A DNA stretch of 40,463 nt from a virus. Taxonomy: Duplodnaviria > Caudoviricetes. The stretch lies in the IMG/VR virus record IMGVR_UViG_3300020045_007692, positions 1 to 40,463 of that record; one strand, 5' to 3'. The first letter of the stretch is position 1. Every line of letters starts with the position of its first letter. This document shows positions 8,262 through 16,014 of this stretch, one piece after another. Below the pieces are notes generated by a model. It was given only the letters and a program-made list of their open reading frames with translations, searched no databases and was not told where the DNA came from. The translations under genes and the position numbers were made by a program.

Positions 8262-8309
8262 CAACCTCGCAAGTCGGATCATCCACCTGCAACAAAAGGA
8301 ACCCTACCA

Positions 8310-8882
8310 ATGGCAACTGCCGCAGAAAAGACCCCCGTCACTCTCACTGATGGCCGCATCGCGCATTTCGGTGCGAAGCAGAAACTCGTCAAGACTACCA
8401 CCATCGCTGAAGACGGCACCATCTCCACAGTCCTCGACTTCCGCAATGGTGAAACGCGCACCTTCTCCCCGCTGGCTTCTCTCGTCGCCCGCTTCGCTGC
8501 TCACGGTGTTGAACAAAAGCTCGGCGATGCCATTGCTGGCGAAACCGACGACAACGATGCAGTCCTCGCAGTCGATGACCTCATTACTCGGCTGAACAAC
8601 GGTGACTGGACCGCTCCGCGCAAGTCGGGAGAATTCGCGGGGACTTCTATCCTCATCCAGGCTCTCGTCGAGGCTTCCGGCCAGACTGTCCAGTTCATCA
8701 AGGACTTCCTCGCGCCGAAGACCCAGGCAGAGAAGTTCGCTCTGCGTCGCAGTGACAAGCTCCGCCCGATCATCGAGCGCCTGGAAGCCGCGAAGAACGC
8801 GAACTCGAAGTCGGCTGTTGATACGGACTCGCTGCTCGGCGAACTCGGCATCGGCGGCGAGAAGGCCAAGAAGACTGCTTAA
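8310..8882 (+). CDS. Hypothetical protein, paralogue of 3009..3524
   Basis: AAGGA RBS, own promoter, shared motifs with 3009..3524. Confidence 0.9.
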   Translation: MATAAEKTPVTLTDGRIAHFGAKQKLVKTTTIAEDGTISTVLDFRNGETRTFSPLASLVARFAAHGVEQKLGDAIAGETDDNDAVLAVDDLITRLNNGDWTAPRKSGEFAGTSILIQALVEASGQTVQFIKDFLAPKTQAEKFALRRSDKLRPIIERLEAAKNANSKSAVDTDSLLGELGIGGEKAKKTA

Positions 8883-8990
8883 CTTCCCCCAGTGTCCCTA
8901 ATCCGCTGGGAGGGAAGAAGGACTGGGCAGTGTGAGTGGCGGAGAGGCGAAAGTCTCGATGATGCTGGTAACAACGCAGCACGCAGTCTA
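8883..8990 (+). ncRNA. Candidate structured RNA (hairpin, kink-turn with GAAA tetraloop)
   Basis: Stem CTTCCC-CCAGTG/CGCTGG-GGGAAG; GCGGA-GAGGC[GAAA]GTCTC-GAT-GATGC fits K-turn consensus; GACTG/CAGTC closing stem. Confidence 0.5.
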
Positions 8991-9033
8991 AAGAACCCCC
9001 GATCGCTCTAGCAGTGGTCGGGGGTTTTCTTTT
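8991..9033 (+). terminator. Intrinsic terminator
   Basis: AACCCCCGATCGCT...AGTGGTCGGGGGTT followed by TTCTTTT. Confidence 0.85.
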
Positions 9034-9054
9034 AACTAAGGCATGTTTTGGGGA

Positions 9055-9083
9055 TTGATAAAAGGCCTTTGTTGTGCTATACA
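9055..9083 (+). promoter_or_regulatory. Sigma70-type promoter
   Basis: TTGATA-N17-TATACA. Confidence 0.65.
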
Positions 9084-9125
9084 ATGAGAAGCGCAATCCC
9101 GCGCAGATTAGGAACCTCTCCCCCC

Positions 9126-9308
9126 ATGACTAGAAAAGACTATGAGCTGATAGCTCTAGCCCTGAGGTCCATCATGGCCTCTCCCAGAGAAAGCCGCACC
9201 AACGGGCTGCTTCTGAATGCTTTTGTCAGTCGTCTTGAGCGGCAGGCGAACTTCGATTCCAGCAAGTTCACGAAAGTCGTCTATCAGACAGGAGCTTCCA
9301 ATGACTGA
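9126..9308 (+). CDS. Hypothetical protein
   Basis: MTRKDYELIA...NFDSSKF; GATTAGGA RBS. Confidence 0.7.
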   Translation: MTRKDYELIALALRSIMASPRESRTNGLLLNAFVSRLERQANFDSSKFTKVVYQTGASND

Positions 9309-9810
9309 CCTCTCAACCTCTGACTTCTTCGCTGAACTCGATGCGGAGATAGCCGTCGCTCTTAAGCAGTCCTCGCTGAAGTCCGGCGCAGAAGCCGAAC
9401 GCAGGAAGTCCCTAAACCCCAGACTCGACGCTCTCACCCGCCAGCAAGCCAAAGCCAACTTCCTCGAAGCCCGCGCGCTGCTTGACGCGGAACTCTGGAC
9501 CGGCATTGCTCTTGCTGCCATGTTCTCAGAGCAAACCTGCGATGGCTGCGGCTCGGTCCACCGGATATTTCTCCAGTATATGGAAAAGCAGCACCAGCCA
9601 CGCAAGCCGTCGAACAAGCGCTGGGTCAGGACCACTGCCCCTTCCCCGGCACTCCCCCGCGAGACGACAGTCATTCCAACAATCACCCATGTCTGCGCGG
9701 ACTGCTGCCACGAACACGGCTTCGACTTCAGCGGCGCGACGATGGTAATCCGCGAAAGCCTCGCGCCGTCTGCCACCTACTTCCAGGAGGATATCAATGG
9801 TCAGGATTAA
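9301..9810 (+). CDS. Zinc-binding hypothetical protein
   Basis: CDGC and CADC motifs; AGGAG RBS. Confidence 0.75.
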   Translation: MTDLSTSDFFAELDAEIAVALKQSSLKSGAEAERRKSLNPRLDALTRQQAKANFLEARALLDAELWTGIALAAMFSEQTCDGCGSVHRIFLQYMEKQHQPRKPSNKRWVRTTAPSPALPRETTVIPTITHVCADCCHEHGFDFSGATMVIRESLAPSATYFQEDINGQD

Positions 9811-9982
9811 ACACCTCGACGCTCCAGTCCCCACGCGGTTCAACATCCCTGAATCGGTCATTGCCCGCGTGAAGCTGGAACTCTACTCCGACCTTGAAGG
9901 CAGAGTGCCTTATGGCGTGATGTCTGCTCTCGTCACGAAGCTCCTCAACGACTGGCTGAAAGAAAGGCTTGGTGAAGCATGA
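9797..9982 (+). CDS. Putative ribbon-helix-helix DNA-binding protein
   Basis: TRFNIPESVIARVK...MSALVTKLLNDWL beta-alpha-alpha pattern; AGGAGG RBS. Confidence 0.55.
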   Translation: MVRIKHLDAPVPTRFNIPESVIARVKLELYSDLEGRVPYGVMSALVTKLLNDWLKERLGEA

Positions 9983-10200
9983 CTTACTATTCCCATGAAA
10001 GAATTGCGCAAGAACTGCGCGATCTTCTAGGATGGCGCTCTGACGGCACGAAGCTCACCGCCGCGCAGTGGGCGCGGGATAACCACATCTCGCCCTCTGC
10101 TGTTTCCGACGTTCTAACCGGACTGGTAAAGCCTTCTCCGTCTATCCGCAAAGCTCTGGGCTTCTCCGCCGAGCCTTACTACCGGAGACTGGACCCATGA
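9979..10200 (+). CDS. Cro/XRE-like HTH protein
   Basis: TAAQWARDNHISPSAVSDVLTG...PSPSIRKALG. Confidence 0.7.
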   Translation: MTYYSHERIAQELRDLLGWRSDGTKLTAAQWARDNHISPSAVSDVLTGLVKPSPSIRKALGFSAEPYYRRLDP

Positions 10201-10457
10201 CCCGACCAGTCTTCCTCGTTGAACCTCAACGCTCATCCAGCAACGGCTGGCTTGCCTGCGAACCCTACAAAGCCTCAACCTTCGCAGTTGTAAAGACCGA
10301 GCGCTTCTCTCGCAAACGGAAGGAATACATCGTCCGGACAGTCATTGCCCGCTACCCGACTTTCAAGCTTGCGCAGGAACTTGCGGATGCAAACACCAAA
10401 TCCTACCAGCCCCTCCGCACCTACGTCCTAGGGAAGAGAATCCCTCAAGCCACCTGA
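10197..10457 (+). CDS. Hypothetical basic protein
   Basis: 86 aa, ATGA coupling. Confidence 0.65.
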   Translation: MTRPVFLVEPQRSSSNGWLACEPYKASTFAVVKTERFSRKRKEYIVRTVIARYPTFKLAQELADANTKSYQPLRTYVLGKRIPQAT

Positions 10458-10470
10458 AAAGGAACTTTGA

Positions 10471-11856
10471 ATGTCTGAACCTGCCACTGAACTCACCCCG
10501 ACTCCCGAACAAGCCGTTGCCCTTCTCTCGATGGAAAGCTGGCTCAAAACCGGCTACCAAGCGCCGGTAGGCGCAGGGCCTCTCGCTCCAACCCTTCTAG
10601 ACGAGCTTTTCCTGGATCTTCCCGCAACTGCAGGACTGAAAGGCCCTTTCTCCGGCCCGAGGTTCTTCTGCCTGAGAGGATATGCCGGAACGGGGAAGAG
10701 TTATTCCATTACCCTGCTGGCAAAGTCGGGACTGCTGAAGCCTAGTGAGATTTGCTTCACCGCGCCGACGAATAAAGCCGTGAAGGTGCTGAGGAACTAT
10801 CTCGACGGCGCGGGGCTGCAGGACTCTCCGAGCAAGACCATCTATGCGCTGCTCGGGCTGTCCCTCCAAGCCAATGGAGAAGTCAAGGAACTCTCCAAAC
10901 CAGAGGAACCCATCGACCTCTCCAGCTTCAAGGTCATAGTCTGCGACGAGGCCAGCATGGTGAACCGCTTCCTCATGGAGGCTGTGAATGAAGCCTTCGA
11001 CCACTGGAAAGTTCCCTTCCTCTTCATGGGCGATCCCGCGCAGCTTCCTCCTGTCGGGGAACTAACCTCCCCGGTCTGGAAAATCGAACCCTTTTCCGAA
11101 CTCACAACCGTCATGCGGTATGGTAATTCCATGCTGGACCTGGCAACGGCAATCAGGAAGCAGGTGGACAACCCCTTCCCGAGCATCAAGATCGAAACCG
11201 TCGCGCCAGTCTTCCGGCATCCTCGCGCTGACTGGCTTGCCCAGATGATGCTCAACCTCGAACTCTTCAAAGCTGGGGAGGCAAAAGTCATAGCCTGGCG
11301 CAATGTCACTGTTGACCGCTACAACCAGCTCATCCGCGCAGCCATCTTTGGCGCACAACAAGCCAAGCTCTACGACTGGCTCCCCGGCGATAAGATCGTC
11401 GCAACTGCCCACCTCAAAGACCTCGAAGACAACACCTTCATGAGAACCGATGAAGAAGCAACTGTCCTCGAATGCATAATCGGCTCCCATCCCAGACATC
11501 GAGAGTTTGAAATCTTCAACCTCCACTGCCTCGATGAAACCGGCAGGAAAGTCACCATCCGCACCCTAACTGCCGATGGCCGCTTCCACCTCAACAACCG
11601 ACTGAACGAACTCTCCGCCGAAGCCAAGAACGGGAAGAAGTATAAATGGAGAGAGTTCTGGCAGCTCAAGGAAGCCTTCAATGAAGTCAGGCATTCCTAC
11701 GCCATCACTTCGCATCGGAGTCAGGGTTCAAGTTACGAGTTGACCTTTGTTGACCTTGAGGACTTAATGGCTAACCGCAATAGAGCGGAAGCCTTTAGAG
11801 CCTTATACGTAGCCTGCACGAGGCAAAGGCGGGAACTTCATATCTGTGGAGGTTAA
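10471..11856 (+). CDS. SF1B (Dda/RecD-like) DNA helicase
   Basis: GYAGTGKS, APTNKA, DEASM, GDPAQLPPV, YAITSHRSQGS, LYVACTR. Confidence 0.93.
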   Translation: MSEPATELTPTPEQAVALLSMESWLKTGYQAPVGAGPLAPTLLDELFLDLPATAGLKGPFSGPRFFCLRGYAGTGKSYSITLLAKSGLLKPSEICFTAPTNKAVKVLRNYLDGAGLQDSPSKTIYALLGLSLQANGEVKELSKPEEPIDLSSFKVIVCDEASMVNRFLMEAVNEAFDHWKVPFLFMGDPAQLPPVGELTSPVWKIEPFSELTTVMRYGNSMLDLATAIRKQVDNPFPSIKIETVAPVFRHPRADWLAQMMLNLELFKAGEAKVIAWRNVTVDRYNQLIRAAIFGAQQAKLYDWLPGDKIVATAHLKDLEDNTFMRTDEEATVLECIIGSHPRHREFEIFNLHCLDETGRKVTIRTLTADGRFHLNNRLNELSAEAKNGKKYKWREFWQLKEAFNEVRHSYAITSHRSQGSSYELTFVDLEDLMANRNRAEAFRALYVACTRQRRELHICGG

Positions 11857-11857
11857 T

Positions 11858-12304
11858 ATGCAAAGACTTTGGGATAAAGTGCGGATAGGGGCTGAGGACG
11901 AGTGTTGGCCCTGGCTCGGGGCTACCGACGCTTACGGTAGAGGACGGCTAAACGTAAACCGCAAGGCCGTTATCCCCACTAGACTTATCCTAGAACTGGA
12001 AGGCTTCCCAGAGCCCGAGGCCCCAAACAATAAAGCATTGCATCAGCCGAACTGTCCCCCCGGCTGCTGTAACCCTAAGCACCTCCGTTGGGGCTCTCAA
12101 AAAGATAATATGCAGGATAAAATTATCAACGGGAAGTCCAGTCATTCGTTTGGTGCTGCTGCTAAAAAGTCCCATTTAACTGATGAGGACATTTATGCTA
12201 TCAGAGCTTCTAGTGAAACTCTTTCCTGGCTGTCCCGGAGGTATGGGGTTTCCGAGCGAAGTATCTGGGACATCAAGAAGAGGCGCTCATGGTCGCATAT
12301 CTGA
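11858..12304 (+). CDS. Free-standing HNH homing endonuclease with C-terminal HTH
   Basis: CWPWLGA...ALHQPNC..CCNPKHLRWGSQKDNMQD; GGAGG RBS. Confidence 0.88.
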   Translation: MQRLWDKVRIGAEDECWPWLGATDAYGRGRLNVNRKAVIPTRLILELEGFPEPEAPNNKALHQPNCPPGCCNPKHLRWGSQKDNMQDKIINGKSSHSFGAAAKKSHLTDEDIYAIRASSETLSWLSRRYGVSERSIWDIKKRRSWSHI

Positions 12305-12306
12305 AC

Positions 12307-12357
12307 AGTCTTTATGTAGCCTGCACACGTCAGCGAGAAGAACTCCACATAGCGTAA
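12307..12357 (+). pseudogene. Orphaned duplicate of the helicase 3' end
   Basis: Translates SLYVACTRQREELHIA* versus ALYVACTRQRRELHICGG* at 11800..11856. Confidence 0.85.
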
Positions 12358-12365
12358 TTTTTCGA

Positions 12366-12394
12366 TTGACCTCACCCTTCCACTAGGGCATGTT
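12366..12394 (+). promoter_or_regulatory. Promoter of the recombination/replication operon
   Basis: TTGACC-N17-CATGTT; overlapped by palindrome 12392..12409. Confidence 0.6.
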
Positions 12395-12443
12395 TTGAAG
12401 CTCCAAAACCGGCCCTTTCTCCCCCTCTCTGAAAGCCCAGCCA

Positions 12444-12641
12444 ATGATCCCCAACAACGACATCATCTCCAGAATAGGAGAACTCCGCCAAAAAGCGCGC
12501 GAAGGGACTATGACCCAGGACGAAACCCGCGAAGCGATCTCCTTCCTCCGCGCAGAGCGCCTTGCTATGCCGCAGGGGAAATCCCGGACAAAAGCCCCCG
12601 CGCCAAACGCTGACGACCTTCTGTCAGAACTCGGAATTTAA
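12444..12641 (+). CDS. Small hypothetical protein
   Basis: 65 aa; ends NADDLLSELGI. Confidence 0.75.
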   Translation: MIPNNDIISRIGELRQKAREGTMTQDETREAISFLRAERLAMPQGKSRTKAPAPNADDLLSELGI

Positions 12642-12665
12642 CCCCGAAAGAAAGGAACACCTGCC

Positions 12666-12935
12666 ATGTTTATCTCCTCTGTTTACCTCTCAACCTACTC
12701 CCAGCCCCGTCCTATCGACGGGCGGTTCACCATTAAAGATGAAGGCTTCGAGCAGGTTATCAACTTCACGCCTGAAGAATGCGCGGTTATTCAAGACCTC
12801 TGCAGCCAAGCCCTTGAACGGGTCAAGGCTGAGGCAGCCTCAAAGCTCCTCTCCGCTAGCATCTCGGTGCCTTTGCTCGAAGCCCCAGAAGAACCGGAAG
12901 CCGAAGACGCTGACTTCAGCGAAGTCCCTTTCTAA
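12666..12935 (+). CDS. Hypothetical protein with SSB-like acidic C-terminal tail
   Basis: AAGGA RBS; ends EEPEAEDADFSEVPF. Confidence 0.8.
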   Translation: MFISSVYLSTYSQPRPIDGRFTIKDEGFEQVINFTPEECAVIQDLCSQALERVKAEAASKLLSASISVPLLEAPEEPEAEDADFSEVPF

Positions 12936-13885
12936 TGCGCCCGCACTTCCCCACTGCCATCGACTCCACCACCCTCGGGGCCTTTCGCAGTTGCCCACAG
13001 AAGGCTTATCTCCAATACATGCAGCATTGGAAGCCTTCCACCGAATCAGTCCACCTAGTCGCAGGAGGCGCATTTGCAGAAGGAATTGAACACGCTCGTA
13101 GAGCATTTTATGAAGACAAGCTCGGAGCAGAAGAGTCGGTGGGAGTTGGACTTTCAGCTCTTATCAACAAGTATGGTGCTTTTGAATGCCCTCCCGACAG
13201 TGCAAAATCATTGGAACGCACTGCGGGCGCTCTCGAATTTTACTTCGACAATTACCAGCTCGGAAGCGATTTGGCCATCCCTATCTCTTTCCCCAATGGA
13301 AAGACAGGGATTGAATTCAGCTTCGCTTGCCCTTTGCCGGTCAATCATCCGATCACTGGAGAACCTCTGCTCTACACCGGACGCAGCGATATGGTCGCCG
13401 AAGCCTACGGAGGCCTCTACATCTACGACGAAAAAACCACCAGTTCCCTCGGGGCCTCCTGGGCGAAGCAATGGGAAATGCGGAGCCAGTTCACCGGATA
13501 CTGCTGGGCAGCCACGCAGTTCGGGCTTAACCCAGCAGGTGTCGTGGTTAGGGGAGTAAGCATCCTCAAGACCAAATACGACACTATGCAGGTAATGTCC
13601 TACCGCGCGCCGCATGAAATCGACCGATGGCTTGAGCAAACCTGCCGCGACCTCGAACGCATGATCGAGTGCTGGAAGGAAGGCTATTGGGACTGGAACC
13701 TCGACCACGCTTGCAGCGAATACGGCGGTTGCTCTTTCCAGACCGTCTGCAAGTCCTCCGACCCTGAACCCTGGCTGAATCAATACTTCCACAAGCGTGT
13801 CTGGAACCCTCTTCTCAAAGTTGAGCAGTCGGAGGAAGAATACAACGCGACTATGGATCAGGAGCTTGGCCCTCGTGTCGGCTGA
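12935..13885 (+). CDS. PD-(D/E)XK exonuclease, Cas4/AddB-like with probable Fe-S cluster
   Basis: N-terminal CP, GRSD..IYDEKT, QFTGY, C-terminal CSEYGGCSFQTVC. Confidence 0.85.
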   Translation: MRPHFPTAIDSTTLGAFRSCPQKAYLQYMQHWKPSTESVHLVAGGAFAEGIEHARRAFYEDKLGAEESVGVGLSALINKYGAFECPPDSAKSLERTAGALEFYFDNYQLGSDLAIPISFPNGKTGIEFSFACPLPVNHPITGEPLLYTGRSDMVAEAYGGLYIYDEKTTSSLGASWAKQWEMRSQFTGYCWAATQFGLNPAGVVVRGVSILKTKYDTMQVMSYRAPHEIDRWLEQTCRDLERMIECWKEGYWDWNLDHACSEYGGCSFQTVCKSSDPEPWLNQYFHKRVWNPLLKVEQSEEEYNATMDQELGPRVG

Positions 13886-14183
13886 ATGGTCCTTCGCGGC
13901 GGAAGGTGCTTGCGCGCCGACCGACAACCTTCTTTTCTACTGCACGAAGTGCGGGCAGGTCTACGAACACCTTTGCAGGGACTTCGGCCCTGCTCCACAC
14001 TTCCGCTATCAAGGGGGTCTTTGCTTTACCTGCCCACCGGACCGCTATAACCTCAACGTCTCGCTTGAATGCCTATCCTTCATCGGCTGGCCTGTCAGCG
14101 AGGCGGTCCTAACCCACCAGCTTCAAGTCGAGTTAAACTTCTTCGACCACCCTGCCCATCCAAGGAATCATCATGGAACTTAA
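13875..14183 (+). CDS. Zinc-ribbon hypothetical protein
   Basis: CTKC and CFTC; GTG start after GGAG. Confidence 0.6.
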   Translation: MSAEWSFAAEGACAPTDNLLFYCTKCGQVYEHLCRDFGPAPHFRYQGGLCFTCPPDRYNLNVSLECLSFIGWPVSEAVLTHQLQVELNFFDHPAHPRNHHGT

Positions 14184-15015
14184 ACCGCCCTTCACCCTCC
14201 CCGGAACGAATGTCCTGCTCATGGGACCGTCCGGCACAGGAAAGACCTTCGCCATCGGCACCCTCGTCGATACTGGCGTCGAAGTCTTCTACCTCGCCCT
14301 AGAATCCGGCATGGAGTCCCTAACCGGCTACTGGACCGATCGCGGCCTCCCCATCCCGAAGAACCTCCACTGGCACAAAGTCGCCGCGCCCGCAGCCGAC
14401 TTCTCCCAAATGATCCTCAATGCAAAGAACATCAACATGCTGGGGCTTGACGCCCTCGCAAAGATGTCTGACCCCAACAAATCCAAGCACAACCAGTTCG
14501 TCTCCCTCCTCGAAGCCCTCAACAACTTCCCAGACGACAGGACCGGAGAAACCTATGGACCCGTCAACCTGTGGGACCAATCCCGAGTTCTGGTTATTGA
14601 TGGTGCTACTGGAATCTCTCAGTGTGCTATGGCTCTCGTCGTTGGAGGAAAGGCTGTCCGAAACCAAAGCGACTGGGGAATCGCCCAAGACCAAGTGGAG
14701 AAGATTGTCAGGATGCTTTGTGACAATTGCCCGTGTCATTTTGTTCTTCTTGCTCATGTCGAACGTGAAGTGGATGCAGTGCTAGGCGGGGTTAAGCTCA
14801 TGGTCTCTACGCTGGGGAAGGCCTTAGCCCCGAAGTTCCCGGCAATGTTTTCAGACGTTATTCTCACCGAGCGCCAAGGGGATAAATGGTCCTGGAACAC
14901 GGCAAGCATGATGGCCGACCTCAAAACCCGGAACCTCCCCATCGCTGCGGATATTAAACCCAGCTTCGCGCAGATCATGGAGAAGTGGCTCTCCAGAAAT
15001 GAAGTTCCCTCATAG
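14173..15015 (+). CDS. Sak4-like (AAA_24) P-loop recombination ATPase
   Basis: GPSGTGKT, VLVIDG, DWG, LLAH; exonuclease-ATPase-SSB synteny. Confidence 0.8.
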   Translation: MELKPPFTLPGTNVLLMGPSGTGKTFAIGTLVDTGVEVFYLALESGMESLTGYWTDRGLPIPKNLHWHKVAAPAADFSQMILNAKNINMLGLDALAKMSDPNKSKHNQFVSLLEALNNFPDDRTGETYGPVNLWDQSRVLVIDGATGISQCAMALVVGGKAVRNQSDWGIAQDQVEKIVRMLCDNCPCHFVLLAHVEREVDAVLGGVKLMVSTLGKALAPKFPAMFSDVILTERQGDKWSWNTASMMADLKTRNLPIAADIKPSFAQIMEKWLSRNEVPS

Positions 15016-15091
15016 CCTCCGCAGGGACCGGGGGTTATCTTCGCCTTTGTCCCAGATTCAACCTCAACTCAACAACTGAAAGACAATCACC

Positions 15092-15544
15092 ATGACTACA
15101 TTTGACCCCGCAAGCTTCCTCAACCAGACCGTCGAAGGAGAACTCGATACAAGGACAGTCCCCTGCCCTGCCGGTGAATACCTCGCCATTGCAGATACTG
15201 TCGATGTCAAGACCTGGGCGACCAAAGACGGCTCCAAGTCCGGCTTGAAGCTGGAAATCCTCTGGGACGTTCAGGACGAAAACGTCAAAGCCCTCCTTGG
15301 CCGGGATACCGTCAAGGTCAAGCAGGACCAGATGCTCGACCTCACCGACACCGGCCAGCTCGACATGGGGAAGGGGAAGAACATCGGCTTGGGCCGCATC
15401 CGTGAAGCTCTTGGGATGAACAAGGCTGGGGAACCCTTTGCGTTCAGCATGATCGCCGGGCGCATGGCGAAGGTCCTCGTCAGCCATCGCGCCGTCAACG
15501 ACGATCTCTTCCCAGAGATCAAGAAAATCGCTTCGGCTGGTTAA
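15092..15544 (+). CDS. Phage single-stranded DNA-binding protein (DUF669-like)
   Basis: PAGEY motif, beta-rich; follows Sak4-like gene; no acidic tail. Confidence 0.7.
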   Translation: MTTFDPASFLNQTVEGELDTRTVPCPAGEYLAIADTVDVKTWATKDGSKSGLKLEILWDVQDENVKALLGRDTVKVKQDQMLDLTDTGQLDMGKGKNIGLGRIREALGMNKAGEPFAFSMIAGRMAKVLVSHRAVNDDLFPEIKKIASAG

Positions 15545-15571
15545 CCTCCCCGGCTTGACCGGCCTAAACTC

Positions 15572-15604
15572 ACCGGGGAGGGTTCACGCCCTCCCCGGTC
15601 TTTT
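15572..15604 (+). terminator. Intrinsic terminator/attenuator after SSB
   Basis: ACCGGGGAGGG-ttcacg-CCCTCCCCGGT followed by CTTTT. Confidence 0.75.
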
Positions 15605-15624
15605 GCCTTCTAGGAGCTTTTCCC

Positions 15625-16014
15625 ATGCTGCCGAAATCCACCCTCGACCTCGCGGAGCTGGCAATCAACTCCCTCTGCGAACAAATCTACGCGGCCAATG
15701 TCAAAGCAGGCTGGTTCCGCGACCCTATCACCCGCAGGAATATCAAGCGCGACCCAATGGTCATGCTTATGCTGATTGTCACCGAAGTCGCTGAAGCCGC
15801 AGAAGGCTACCGCAAAGACAAACTCGACGATCACCTGATCGACCGCCCGGCTATTGAAGTCGAACTCGCAGACGTCCTCGTCCGGGTATTCGAACTCGCT
15901 GGGTATCTCGACCTTCAGCTCGGGAAGTCTTTCGTCCGGAAGATTCTCTACAATGCCCAGCGCGCCGATCACACCCTCGCCAATCGCGCGAAAGAAGGAG
16001 GAAAGAAGTGCTAA
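15625..16014 (+). CDS. MazG-like nucleotide pyrophosphohydrolase
   Basis: TEVAEAAE...EVELADVLVR. Confidence 0.85.
   Translation: MLPKSTLDLAELAINSLCEQIYAANVKAGWFRDPITRRNIKRDPMVMLMLIVTEVAEAAEGYRKDKLDDHLIDRPAIEVELADVLVRVFELAGYLDLQLGKSFVRKILYNAQRADHTLANRAKEGGKKC

Noticed and set aside
8940-8985. Hammerhead ribozyme (GAAA and GATGA)
   Set aside because: CUGAUGA core absent and three-stem geometry does not fit; K-turn fits better
11858-12306. Group I intron in the helicase
   Set aside because: HNH ORF fills the entire insert, leaving no room for a ribozyme core, and the upstream helicase is already complete
12935-13885. CRISPR-Cas locus via the Cas4-like gene
   Set aside because: No repeat-spacer array or other cas genes; context is recombination
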